A stretch of DNA of 64,000 bases from the IMG/VR virus record IMGVR_UViG_3300048573_000442; one strand, 5' to 3'. A program made the translations under genes and the position numbers. Below are positions 37,201-46,743 of this stretch, piece by piece. The notes beneath the pieces were generated by a model. The model did not search any database. It saw nothing but the letters and a program-made list of their open reading frames with translations, and was not told the DNA's origin. Position 1 is the stretch's first letter. Every line of letters begins with the position of its first letter. Source of the DNA: a virus.

Positions 37201-40200
37201 GAAGATTTACTGTTTGCATCCGTAAATTCTGCTATCGCTGTTAAGCCCCATTTGCAAAATGCCCAAAATTCCAAATACGCTGAAATAGAACTGGCAAAGT
37301 TTTCGCAGAAATACGGGTATGACACATACGCGCCTAACTACTCAGCAGCTGATGCATTTACGTGGAATTATAAAGCTGCAACAATTCCAGGGGTTACAGT
37401 TGGTATTGCAAAATGGTTTGACATTTATGCCGACTATTTTAATAACCCTGGACAAACCATTTCTACCAGTCGACCCAATATTGAGCCGTGGAAGCTCTTA
37501 AATCACGCATCTAAACCATCTTCGTGGGATGCTTCTTATGCATGTACTGTTATTGGAACGGATAATATTACTGCTGCGGTAAAAGTTGTTTCCACTACTA
37601 ATATAACGTTATCTGGTTTGCAGACAATTGACGGCGTTGCTGTCATATCAGGCGATAAAGTTTTAGTGACTGCACAAACAGCCTCAGCAGATAATGGAAT
37701 TTACATTGCGTCTGTTGGGCCATGGGCCCGAAGCGCAGATACAATCGTAAACGGGTTAACTGTTGCTAGTTCGAGCGGAACATTATTCGCTAGAAGCTTA
37801 TGGGTAAATACTTCTACAGATACGTTTGAACAGGTCAGAATCTGGAAAACAGAAATGTGGGATGATATCGAAGCTGCAAGACCGGGACTAAAAATCTGTG
37901 TCAATAGAATTACTGATGAATTGTTGCCCCCTTATGTTTCACCGACAAGCGCATTTGCGACCGCAGCCTTATTGAATGCGATTCCTCCCGGCATTGCTGA
38001 AGGATATGTATTTGGGGATAATGGAATCGTGGAACTTCTTTGGAAAAAATCCCTAGAATATCGTTACGGGCTTGCGCGATCTGCGTTCAGATTGAATCCC
38101 CTTTCTTTCTTGAGCGATGCGTGGGGGTTTGATTACGTTGAATCGTACGCAGGTGGAATACCGCTATTAAGAACTACTGGGGCCCTAAACGGTCACAGAA
38201 ATTTCGTTTTGCATGGGGAAAAACTTTCTAGAACTGAATTGACGCAGAGCGAAACGCAATCGTTAATTTCTGGAACTATAGCCGCAGTTGATCCGCTTGA
38301 CAAAGCCAGAACAGTGGAATTTAGCGTAGTGTACGTTGATAATTCTTCTACCATTTTTGATTTGCATATTAATGGTAATTTTGTATTGCAGTTGACTGAG
38401 GGGCAAGACTTCTCAGTAACTGCACATGGATTGATTTTTACGAACGTCAGAATTGATTCCCTGGGGATTCCATTTTTAAATGGTGATAGCATTATCATCA
38501 AAATGGCAAATGACACTGTGTCGCCATCATATGTTTCTGTAAATGAAACTGGATGCGAAGGTTGTGTTCAGGCCCCAAGCTTAGAAATACCACCAGAGTT
38601 TATCGTACCTGGAACAATTTCTTATGAGTTTTCTGGAGCAAAGTTTGTTCGAATGCTTGGTCTTGGACAATGGTTTGCGAATATGCTGCGCTTCGGATCT
38701 GTAGATTCAGCATTCTCAGAAGCTAACACCTCATATCGTGGTTGGGAATTAAAGCTTGCTCATCGACTCGGTGCTATCATTCGTGATGATACACTGAGAA
38801 TCAATACATCTCAAGGTTTGCTGCCATCTACAGCCTATGATGTCATTATTAAGAAGAACAAATCCATTTCTGATATTTGGATTTCTGGCCTTCGTGTCCA
38901 GTTGGTTTCAATTGGTAAGAGCAAAATAAACCAGTTCGGTTACTATGTTCCGTCAGCAGACGCAGCAGATTGGATCTTTAGAATTGAAAACTACAGTTCT
39001 CAGAACCCGACTGTCGAACGTTTTATTGTTAGCCCAACTTCATCACGAATAACATTCACTGCTATTAACGGTGCGCATTCCTCGCAATCTTGGACAAAGC
39101 CGACTGATTACGCGGGTTCACAAACTTCAACGGTACCTGAAAATATTACTGGTTTGCAAAATGTAGTTGACTTTATTTTCAGCTACAGCGATAGACTAGA
39201 AGCGTCTGGTTGGACAAATTATGCAGACGGTGCGAGAGTCACTGATGCTGAAACTGGGAGAAATCTCGATTGGCAGCTTGAGGTTGAGAAGCTTATTGAC
39301 GCAGTTTATACTGGCATGAACGCAGGTGAAGCTTACGTGCTTAATCCGTTTACTAGCGGAATTTGTATTAACACGCCAAGGGGCCTACTAGCCGAATATA
39401 GTAAGAAGAACTTTATTGACGCATTCTCTGCACAGGCAGTTTATGATGTTACTGGTGCAAGAATTCCCCTGTCCTCATTGCACGTGCTGCGGACAGATGA
39501 ACGTGCGATTACATATTCAGATACTCCGATTTTTTCTGGGCATTTATTCGTTGATGAATATGAACACATGGTCCTGTTCAATAAAAAGTTTAGTGAAGCA
39601 AAAACTGCAAGATCAATTTTTGACGGGTTCCTTGGTTCACGCATCAAAAATGCTCGGTTATCTTTTGTTCGCCAAGCTGTTGCAGATGGAAAGCCCACAT
39701 TTAACGGGTTCTTTTTAAGTGGCAACAGTATGGTCAGAAACATTGTTTCGTCCGTTGACGCAAGCGCAAATTACTATGATGCCGCAAAAACGTTTAGCGA
39801 TCCAGAAACTGCTAAACATTCCATGTCCCTACTTGGATTTACTAAAAAGCCATATTTTGACACAATCGATGTGAATGAGTCTACCCAATTTAATTTCTGG
39901 AGAGGAATGATTCAGGCAAAGGGCACAAATATGGCAATTGATGCTTTTGCAAACTTTAAGAATTTCACTGACTCTGCAGTCGATGAATACTGGGCGTTTA
40001 AGATTGCAGAATACGGTGATGCAAGGGAGAAAACACAACCGGAACTAAAGGTGAAACAATCCGATATTTCGCAGAAATATTTTAAAATTCAATTCTATGA
40101 TTCAGCTAGCAGCTCTGATCTCATTCCAATGTTCACGCACATTGAGAATGGTGATGATACACGCTGGTTCTCTATTGATGATTTGGGCAAAGGCATGCAG

Positions 40201-42945
40201 TTTGAAGCTGCAAACGTTCAGGAAACTTTCACCGTACCATCATCTGCTACATTCCCAGCTTATATTAGAACTAAGAACATTTATCACAATGGTGATAGCT
40301 CTGATCCAATCATTACCGGCCCCAGTTCACCAATAATGATTGGATCCCAGATGGCAAAAGTTTTTGTCCCTGGGGTTTACACTGTGAGTGGAATTACATG
40401 GCTGAATCAATCAAAACATTCGCCGGTAAAGCTGATTGACTATGCAAAATCTGTAAAGGTTGCAGATTATCAACTTTGGCATCCAGCAATTGGCTTACAT
40501 GCACAGTCTGCAATGGGTTTGGTTGACATATCTTCTTCGGCAGACCCTGCAAAATATAACTATACTGCGCAGACGACAAACAACGAAAACTTTAATACGC
40601 TTAAACCTTGGGCGAAAAAGGAAGTTGGAACTGTATGGTGGAACAATTCTAACCTTGGATATATACCGTATTACGATGCTGCCAAATTTCCTAACAGGGA
40701 CGCAAGACTTCAGCGGTGGGGAGTTCTAGCAGATTGGGCCTCAGTCGATCTTTTTGAATGGACCGAAAGTACGGTTCATCCGGGCAAATATGATGAACTC
40801 GCCGCTGAACAAGAAGGAAGCGCTGAACTGCCTACTGGAGTCCGCGCATCTGGTCGCGTTGCACTTAAGGCGAACTACTTAAGAGACCGAATTATATCGA
40901 GGCGGCCAGTAGCTTGGTCAGAGGCTGGGGTTGGCAACTCAAATGCTCACCCATCTTTCGGCTCGCAAAAGTTCGGAACTATTTTTGTTTCTGGGACTTC
41001 TCTAATACCTGATACTGGAAGATGCTCAGAATATGGTCTTACCACCGGTCGAAGATTTGGTGGATGGGACAATGAAAAACCTATCGGCGAAGTTATACTT
41101 TCTGGAGAACTGAGCTACCATATTGGTTCCACCGACAGCGTTCTTTTGCCAGTGTTTGAATCAGCTACTAATTTGTTGCTAACAGATTTTGCGCTGCAGC
41201 CATTGAAAAACGCAATGTTCGGGCAAAAAATAGGAGCAATAACTTTAACTAAGAAAATCCTAGCGCCAGACGTCATTGCTTTGAGAATGTCAAATTCTAC
41301 TGGGGACTACGAAGACAAAATCGTTTCTGATTTAGTATTTTCTGCAACCGACAATGCCGCCATCAATATTGATTTTGAGGCCTTCGGAATTCGCGTTTCT
41401 TGCAACCGCAGTGCGTCGATTTCTCCCATATTAGCAAATGACATTATCGATGAAATTACTATTGCGGCGCAAGACATCTTTATTAGGGAGGCAGTTTCCT
41501 TTATTGAAGAGATTTCGCTTCCTACGGATGTTCTCGTAACTGCCCCAGAGGATTCGTTTACTAACGAAGATGACGACAGACTTGAATGGAGGGTATGGAC
41601 CCGGCCAACGCAGAACGACCTTAATAAAGATCTTTCTTCGCCTTATAATAAGTGGAAGCCGTACATTGGCGATGCAGTTAATGTTGAAGCTTCAGCCAAT
41701 GTGGTTGCTGACATGCAATCTGATATTAACGGGTTGTTGCTACGAGACGGAACACGTATTAACCGGTATTATAGTTCTTGGACCGATTGGGTACCTCTGC
41801 AAGACGAAAGTTTTACATCGGTTTCAAATGGGGTTATGCCAATCACTTTTAGTTCTCAAAATCCAATTGACTCCACGCGGGTTTCAATTTATGCAGATGG
41901 CATTCAAGTAAACCCTAGCCAATACCTTGTTTCAGGCAACGTAGTTTCTATGCTTAACGTATTTGCTGAAGGCGCTATCATTCTGTTTAGGAATAAGGCT
42001 AAACAGCCAACTGATGCTGAGCTAGCATTTGACCCGACCGTCAAGGACGATTTCACGATACAGCAGCAGTACAAAAAGGATTACGAGTTTACAGAAATTA
42101 AACAGCGTGACATTTTTGGCAATTTGACAAGTTCGCTATATTATTTCTGGGTAAGGGACAAAACCATTTCATCTCGCGGCCATGAAATGTCGCTGCTTCA
42201 AGCACAAAACATTTTACAAAATGGCCAAGATGCGCATGTGGTGTTGGCTAAGGCCAAGCCGATATCTGATAAAAATTATAGGTTTGCATTTGACTCATGC
42301 GCAATTGCTGGTCTTGGAACTTATGTTGGAAGGGACAATGCATTCAAGCTTCGTTTTGTTAGAAACTTTACATTGAGAGACGACCCTGAGGAAATGAACC
42401 TGAAAAACGTTCATACTGAGTGGACCTTACTAAGACGCGGGCAAAGTCGCAAAGTTCCAACTGCGCTTTGGGATTTAATAACTTCTGCTATTTCTGGAGT
42501 TGATGCATTGGGTAATCAGGTACCAAGTCAGGCGAGAATCGAATATGACAATCGAAATGGAACTAGAACCCGCTTCGGCTCTGGAACTGACCAGGTATTT
42601 GCTGATTCCGAATTGGTAAAGCAGTCTGTAATAAATACGATTCTGTATCCTAAAACAACTCTTAAAGTTGGAAGTTCCGTAATCACCGACTATATCACTG
42701 CGCTAAATCAAAATACTCAAACTGAATGGTTTAGCACGCCTTCTAAAGCGAGAGAAACAATGGCACTCATTTTTGCCTCCGCAAGAGCGAGTCAAGTGAA
42801 TGAAATATTTTTTAATGTACTAGATGACGCATTAGCGAATAATTTCGAACTGACTGATATTTTTAAAACCTCATTGATTACAGTGAGCTCAGCCACCGAT
42901 ATTTTTGAAGCAACTAGCACTGAACAGCAAGATGAGCAATATTAA
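34240..42945 (+). CDS. Giant baseplate wedge/structural protein (gp7-like, 2901 aa)
   Basis: Follows gp6. Motifs: IDYDRFLNFGNYYW, NDWQISNFWFH, two copies of a TIDGV..GD.VLV..Q...NGIY..W.R.D fibre module, DEYWAFKIAEYG, DPAKYN, YYFWV. Confidence 0.7.
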   Translation: MQKKQTLDLNKFLPSAVKDETLTSLISNLFNRFTSEEQSILVDGEIGIAADSGDKIAALNLEREVNPLVPAIVTTNGSEQASFTFIDLVNRLKSLNADVDNAQEWLKEQYFNFHVPIDYDRFLNFGNYYWAGKALNAAGAFEFNPHNSPDYITISRPTASSLTKMPVDYVAALPIKKTGSGRLDEVITLEFISPTEFSVSTNNPVDSGMLIVNSAQFNGPQTLTFSPVAGTSIPVSLFARGKSITGFGTGKPFPVGTTELNDTVLDFILRVGTTPFAVGDKFVIDVKHRSSSILVSFSSPSVSGKGSIIGVKSVCELMYLNGVQVIIGKRVLITNQGLDNGIYTVVDNAWSRATDSYLEEHLSLGSKVYCYADSNTYEVTGKIDPAANSQPIESLISFTLVASAPPLGLNDWQISNFWFHKDDIEFLFGELNITISDCIRAERPIIEFNNDVRLNEMVSIEGNPTDAGGITVSQVKTDINQAPLFDLFYVDGTHAGKVSKIFFYKEEQSAPIDSVLNLRLATSDSGFSFGHGLKQNDERLMFYKKGGVLETIWVPGVSQPTVTSLTNPNGGSIVISVKNTADTQSWKLTFKNGAFEVEGERSGVIGEAIPGLNFDCDDFSATISIYSYVDGDAFTFNVNNLAFPRYVKKTAERIVNYPGGPIADVNGDGAWMTPVRMFQNLECETRTEITYSDLADHVRSMIRSQDGFSGGSLGTNNVRTLNFSPALGGTIRAFGSNFPLLIGMLCQRDFSALTIIDFAEQQYNTALSSIDQFVVDSLPKLMSKLGKIDTTAIQIFPNTDTVKLVEAFSEQRKADVHLTEAFGDTTAKVPNWPATLPILGLVPAVMQDIRFDAELGIDVIVHHDGHVSPAMEENISVLRDLAKTHVLRSDGELTPGTLSPTAPALPYAGQFWFNSLTNVLSYFAVNFDGNTSPGTGQTGQYWFNRQANELRQWDDLSMDWVVSPLSQPSRWTKFNAHIARNNLLLGIEDLLFASVNSAIAVKPHLQNAQNSKYAEIELAKFSQKYGYDTYAPNYSAADAFTWNYKAATIPGVTVGIAKWFDIYADYFNNPGQTISTSRPNIEPWKLLNHASKPSSWDASYACTVIGTDNITAAVKVVSTTNITLSGLQTIDGVAVISGDKVLVTAQTASADNGIYIASVGPWARSADTIVNGLTVASSSGTLFARSLWVNTSTDTFEQVRIWKTEMWDDIEAARPGLKICVNRITDELLPPYVSPTSAFATAALLNAIPPGIAEGYVFGDNGIVELLWKKSLEYRYGLARSAFRLNPLSFLSDAWGFDYVESYAGGIPLLRTTGALNGHRNFVLHGEKLSRTELTQSETQSLISGTIAAVDPLDKARTVEFSVVYVDNSSTIFDLHINGNFVLQLTEGQDFSVTAHGLIFTNVRIDSLGIPFLNGDSIIIKMANDTVSPSYVSVNETGCEGCVQAPSLEIPPEFIVPGTISYEFSGAKFVRMLGLGQWFANMLRFGSVDSAFSEANTSYRGWELKLAHRLGAIIRDDTLRINTSQGLLPSTAYDVIIKKNKSISDIWISGLRVQLVSIGKSKINQFGYYVPSADAADWIFRIENYSSQNPTVERFIVSPTSSRITFTAINGAHSSQSWTKPTDYAGSQTSTVPENITGLQNVVDFIFSYSDRLEASGWTNYADGARVTDAETGRNLDWQLEVEKLIDAVYTGMNAGEAYVLNPFTSGICINTPRGLLAEYSKKNFIDAFSAQAVYDVTGARIPLSSLHVLRTDERAITYSDTPIFSGHLFVDEYEHMVLFNKKFSEAKTARSIFDGFLGSRIKNARLSFVRQAVADGKPTFNGFFLSGNSMVRNIVSSVDASANYYDAAKTFSDPETAKHSMSLLGFTKKPYFDTIDVNESTQFNFWRGMIQAKGTNMAIDAFANFKNFTDSAVDEYWAFKIAEYGDAREKTQPELKVKQSDISQKYFKIQFYDSASSSDLIPMFTHIENGDDTRWFSIDDLGKGMQFEAANVQETFTVPSSATFPAYIRTKNIYHNGDSSDPIITGPSSPIMIGSQMAKVFVPGVYTVSGITWLNQSKHSPVKLIDYAKSVKVADYQLWHPAIGLHAQSAMGLVDISSSADPAKYNYTAQTTNNENFNTLKPWAKKEVGTVWWNNSNLGYIPYYDAAKFPNRDARLQRWGVLADWASVDLFEWTESTVHPGKYDELAAEQEGSAELPTGVRASGRVALKANYLRDRIISRRPVAWSEAGVGNSNAHPSFGSQKFGTIFVSGTSLIPDTGRCSEYGLTTGRRFGGWDNEKPIGEVILSGELSYHIGSTDSVLLPVFESATNLLLTDFALQPLKNAMFGQKIGAITLTKKILAPDVIALRMSNSTGDYEDKIVSDLVFSATDNAAINIDFEAFGIRVSCNRSASISPILANDIIDEITIAAQDIFIREAVSFIEEISLPTDVLVTAPEDSFTNEDDDRLEWRVWTRPTQNDLNKDLSSPYNKWKPYIGDAVNVEASANVVADMQSDINGLLLRDGTRINRYYSSWTDWVPLQDESFTSVSNGVMPITFSSQNPIDSTRVSIYADGIQVNPSQYLVSGNVVSMLNVFAEGAIILFRNKAKQPTDAELAFDPTVKDDFTIQQQYKKDYEFTEIKQRDIFGNLTSSLYYFWVRDKTISSRGHEMSLLQAQNILQNGQDAHVVLAKAKPISDKNYRFAFDSCAIAGLGTYVGRDNAFKLRFVRNFTLRDDPEEMNLKNVHTEWTLLRRGQSRKVPTALWDLITSAISGVDALGNQVPSQARIEYDNRNGTRTRFGSGTDQVFADSELVKQSVINTILYPKTTLKVGSSVITDYITALNQNTQTEWFSTPSKARETMALIFASARASQVNEIFFNVLDDALANNFELTDIFKTSLITVSSATDIFEATSTEQQDEQY

Positions 42946-45115
42946 TACAAAAATACTACCAAAAACGCAGTCGCATACTGAAGCTTTAATAGGATACGTG
43001 CTTGACGCAAAGCCCTACCACGTAAAATTGGCAGGTATAACAGAGCGGTATGATATTGGCGATGAAGTGGCCGTTAAGGTGCTTGATAGTATGATTTCTA
43101 AAATCTTCGTCGGCGCCGATACCATTGATCCCAATGATTCAAGTATTTCGAACACTAGGCAAAGACAGCGTTCAAATTCTTGGTGGAAGCATCTTGCATC
43201 AGATGCTAGCACAAGAACGTGGCAAATACCGACAGTGGGGTCCCATAAGTTCGAGAGCGAACTTGCTCAGCAAACGTTAATAGCCGGAATAGACAGTGTA
43301 GCTTCCATTCCAGGCATAGAAAATACATCGTCCTTCGTGTTCAAGAAAAGAAGGCATGATGGTCCATCTATTTGCGATGTTAGGAAAATGGGTATCCAGC
43401 AACAAGAAGGCGTCGATTATTTTCTTTCTGACGGATCGCTGTCATTTACTGTTGAAGCAGACGGAACTTGGTTGGAAAACTTTTTGCCTTCAGGAACCCC
43501 TAGGAACTCTGGAGCCCCAGAATACGCAGACCTTATAAAGACCAGTGTGTCCATAACGAACATCACTGGCGGGAATAATGATTCTTGGACCCTAACGTGT
43601 ACGAATGAAACTACCGGGGAATTAAGCGTTGTAGGAAAGTATTCCGGCAATATCGGAAGCGCAGTGTTAGGAACTCCATTTACGCATGCATTGCTGCAAT
43701 TCGATTATCCCATTGGGTTTTTAGCTCTTGGCGACAAGGTTACTATAAGCCCGAAGAATAAATTTATTACTACTTCTGTATCAACTCCGCAAACTTGGAC
43801 AATCATCAAAACCAATCCTTTGGCTGTCATGTCTAAGGCAGTATTTACTGGTGCAAGCGGGACCCCAATACGCCAACCTTCTGTTCATATTCATACTCGC
43901 TCTTTAGCACGAGCTAGCTCGTCTGCAACTTGGCGCATAGAATTTACTTCGCCATCAGTTTTTAACTTAGTTAAGACCGGGACCAGCCCATCAACGGTAG
44001 TAGGTATCGATCTTAGAGATGGGTGTTCATTTAAAAATTCGGAAATACATTTCACCATTCAGCCACCAGAAGAAGGTTTTTTTGCCGGTGATGCGTTTCA
44101 ATTTTCTACAGAACCCTCTGTTGGGGAATATTTGGTATTTGGCAGTGTATCTGGGTGGAAACAACCTGCAAAAAATGGCGAATGGTATTGGAACGGTGAA
44201 ATCGGATTTAAAATCCCAAAGCTAAACTACTTTGTAAAACCGGAAGCCTCTGACTGGGATGCATTAGATATTCTATCCCAGGAAAATTGGTTTATTCCCG
44301 TAAAAGACGTTCATTCGTCAGCGGTACCATCTGTTTACACAATAACTTTCCAACCTCCAGTCCTTCCCTCAACTACCGTTACGCATGCGACAGTCTATAA
44401 TAACATTTATGGATACCGAGCTGGTCTGACAATTGGTCAAACTTGGGAAGATGAATTCTGTTCTTTTATTGTGTCGCCATCAACAGTGAGCGCAGGAGAA
44501 AAATTTCAGGTATTTTTAACAGAGCCATCGGTTTCAGTAGTTTCCGCTGGGTATGACGAACTTGGCTTTGAACAGACCCTGTATGATATGGGGATTGTGG
44601 ACGCAGCAACACCAGTAAATCTACTACAGGCAAAATACCCTCTGCCAGACAATCATGGCAGTGTGATTTTTAAAACGGGCTGCTTTTTAGGTGACGAAGT
44701 TATTATTAACATTTCATTACTGGATTTATTTCGCTTGCGCATAGACAGCTCAACATCGGCATTTCCTGAACTTGCTGCGGCAGATGATTGGATTCCCTTA
44801 GAATTCAGATATTTTGACAGGCCAACCAGTAGCGCAACTGCATACGACGGGGAAACCGCCCATTTTCCAGACGCTTCTATAGCTATAGAAGCTTACTTGT
44901 GTTCGGACCCGACAATCAAAGTGCTAACCGTTAATCAACCCAGATACCAATGTTCATCTAGAAACAGCGCTGCAACGGTAACATTTGACCCGACATTCTT
45001 TTCAAAGTACTTAAAATTTGGAGCAAGATTTTCCTTACGAGTTGACCAGGATACGTCATCTGGGCAAAGAGCAAGCGTTTCTGTAACTGAAAGCCTGTCT
45101 ATACAAATTATCTAA
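42932..45115 (+). CDS. Virion structural protein (baseplate/fibre-associated)
   Basis: ALIGYVLDAKPYHVKL N-terminus and repeated beta-sandwich modules; ATG 42932 preferred over TTG 42905. Confidence 0.65.
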   Translation: MSNINTKILPKTQSHTEALIGYVLDAKPYHVKLAGITERYDIGDEVAVKVLDSMISKIFVGADTIDPNDSSISNTRQRQRSNSWWKHLASDASTRTWQIPTVGSHKFESELAQQTLIAGIDSVASIPGIENTSSFVFKKRRHDGPSICDVRKMGIQQQEGVDYFLSDGSLSFTVEADGTWLENFLPSGTPRNSGAPEYADLIKTSVSITNITGGNNDSWTLTCTNETTGELSVVGKYSGNIGSAVLGTPFTHALLQFDYPIGFLALGDKVTISPKNKFITTSVSTPQTWTIIKTNPLAVMSKAVFTGASGTPIRQPSVHIHTRSLARASSSATWRIEFTSPSVFNLVKTGTSPSTVVGIDLRDGCSFKNSEIHFTIQPPEEGFFAGDAFQFSTEPSVGEYLVFGSVSGWKQPAKNGEWYWNGEIGFKIPKLNYFVKPEASDWDALDILSQENWFIPVKDVHSSAVPSVYTITFQPPVLPSTTVTHATVYNNIYGYRAGLTIGQTWEDEFCSFIVSPSTVSAGEKFQVFLTEPSVSVVSAGYDELGFEQTLYDMGIVDAATPVNLLQAKYPLPDNHGSVIFKTGCFLGDEVIINISLLDLFRLRIDSSTSAFPELAAADDWIPLEFRYFDRPTSSATAYDGETAHFPDASIAIEAYLCSDPTIKVLTVNQPRYQCSSRNSAATVTFDPTFFSKYLKFGARFSLRVDQDTSSGQRASVSVTESLSIQII

Positions 45116-45126
45116 TGCAGTCAAGC

Positions 45127-45134
45127 CATAAATA
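45127..45134 (+). promoter_or_regulatory. T4-type late promoter (CATAAATA)
   Basis: Recurrent motif, intergenic. Confidence 0.7.
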
Positions 45135-45165
45135 GTAATAATTCAACATACGGGAATTTAAAGAA

Positions 45166-45759
45166 ATGTCATTAGATCAAATTCAAACGCGAATCAGCGG
45201 CCATGTCAAAATTGTAGATCGAATTACTAACGATGTAGTTCTAGATAAGAAGAATGCGATTCATTCTCGCAACCTCGCAATTGCTTTGGCCCGTGGATTG
45301 TCAAATGAGCCAGCAGATACATTAAATCGTGGCAAATACCAAATTTTTAAAATAAAGCTTGGTAATGGCGGAACCTATATAAACTCCTCAAATGAGATTA
45401 CTTATTTGGCACCGAATGTTACTGGAACCAATAGTAATCTTTGGTCACCAACATATGAAGAGCTTGTGGATCGAGCAGATGTTTCTACCCCTTCTGAAAA
45501 CTCCGTTACATACCAAGAGAATCCTACACCAGGGAGTTCTGTCATCATTGTGGTAACAGCTACGATTGGTGCTGGCGAACCATCTGGGCAATTAGTTTCG
45601 GATACTCCAGGGCAACTCAATTCCCAATTTGCGTTTGATGAATTGGGTCTATTCACATCGGATGACCTCCTGTTATCACATTTGGTTTTTGCTCCTATTT
45701 TAAAAACTTCAACTCGCGAATTAGTTCTAACCTATACCCTGACATTATCAGTTGAATAA
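45166..45759 (+). CDS. Baseplate/virion structural protein
   Basis: GHVKI..DKKNAIH..N..ALARGL, FDELGLF, LLSHLVF.PI.K...L.LTYTL; typical myophage baseplate-distal pattern. Confidence 0.6.
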   Translation: MSLDQIQTRISGHVKIVDRITNDVVLDKKNAIHSRNLAIALARGLSNEPADTLNRGKYQIFKIKLGNGGTYINSSNEITYLAPNVTGTNSNLWSPTYEELVDRADVSTPSENSVTYQENPTPGSSVIIVVTATIGAGEPSGQLVSDTPGQLNSQFAFDELGLFTSDDLLLSHLVFAPILKTSTRELVLTYTLTLSVE

Positions 45760-45772
45760 TTATGCGTTAACG

Positions 45773-45780
45773 GATAAATA
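45773..45780 (+). promoter_or_regulatory. T4-type late promoter (GATAAATA) for the lysis-like cluster
   Basis: Recurrent motif, intergenic. Confidence 0.7.
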
Positions 45781-45814
45781 GTGTCATTGATTATGAATAA
45801 CGGAGATATATGCT

Positions 45815-46042
45815 ATGACACGGGACCTGGAAACACATGACATTGTTTTGGCTGCGGCACTTAAAACTTTAGGGTATCAACTAAGTACCATCGAAAAAAT
45901 CGGTAATAGGGGCATTTTCCATTTTTCTGATGTGGATTCTTCAGCTATAACAGATTATGATTTAGGTCGACTTTTAGTTGAACCAGCAACATTTAATGCG
46001 GCAATAAAGTCCTTGACAACTGCGAGCCGGAGGACTTTATGA
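45815..46042 (+). CDS. Small conserved phage protein (DUF5659-like)
   Basis: ETHDIVLAAAL..LGY.L..IE.....GIFHF pattern; GGAG RBS. Confidence 0.6.
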   Translation: MTRDLETHDIVLAAALKTLGYQLSTIEKIGNRGIFHFSDVDSSAITDYDLGRLLVEPATFNAAIKSLTTASRRTL

Positions 46043-46446
46043 TTAAATTATGGTCCCTTATTGGCGCAGTTATGATTTCTGCAATTTGGTTTAAAATTAG
46101 CGGGCTCAATGGCGAGATCACGACTTTGAACCGCGAAATAGAAAAACTTACAATTACTAATGTAATTCTGCAGCAAAATAACTCTGCGCTTTCTAGTAAT
46201 ATCAAACTTTTTAGCGAAGCAGATTCCGTGAATAGAGCCACCATATCAGCTCTGCAAAAAGAACGGTCAGAATCATTTATTGCAATAGAGCGTTTAGCCA
46301 ATGCCAAACGGCAAGATGTTAAGCAGTTGGATGCAGTTGTCAATAAGATTGAAGCTTCTAGAATAGACCCCACGACTGATGGGCCAATAGCCCCAGTTCT
46401 TAAAGAAGCAATTCGCGAAGTTCAGCACCTAAGGAAATCGCAATGA
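46039..46446 (+). CDS. Inner-membrane spanin (Rz-like)
   Basis: N-terminal transmembrane helix followed by a coiled coil; overlaps a downstream lipoprotein. Confidence 0.75.
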   Translation: MIKLWSLIGAVMISAIWFKISGLNGEITTLNREIEKLTITNVILQQNNSALSSNIKLFSEADSVNRATISALQKERSESFIAIERLANAKRQDVKQLDAVVNKIEASRIDPTTDGPIAPVLKEAIREVQHLRKSQ

Positions 46447-46733
46447 AATTCTCACTACTAATAGTAAGTTTATTACTTAGCGGTTGCTTTGCAACTGTAG
46501 AGCCACTCCCACCTATAGAACCCGTTGTTGTTGAAAAATATGTGTACCTTATTAAGGTTCCTCCAGCAGAAACGATGACGCTTCCTGAACCAGTTTCCGA
46601 ACTTGATGTGGATGCAGCAACACAAGCTGATGTGGCAAATTGGATTGTTAGCAATGAAAAGTACGCGAACGAGTTGAAGCTAAAGCTAATTGAAATTGCA
46701 AATTTCTTTAAGCGTGAGAAACACACTCAGTGA
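46443..46733 (+). CDS. Outer-membrane spanin lipoprotein (Rz1-like)
   Basis: Lipobox LLLSGC followed by a Pro-rich segment (PLPPIEP, KVPPAE..LPEP). Confidence 0.8.
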   Translation: MKFSLLIVSLLLSGCFATVEPLPPIEPVVVEKYVYLIKVPPAETMTLPEPVSELDVDAATQADVANWIVSNEKYANELKLKLIEIANFFKREKHTQ

Positions 46734-46743
46734 GAATTAAATA

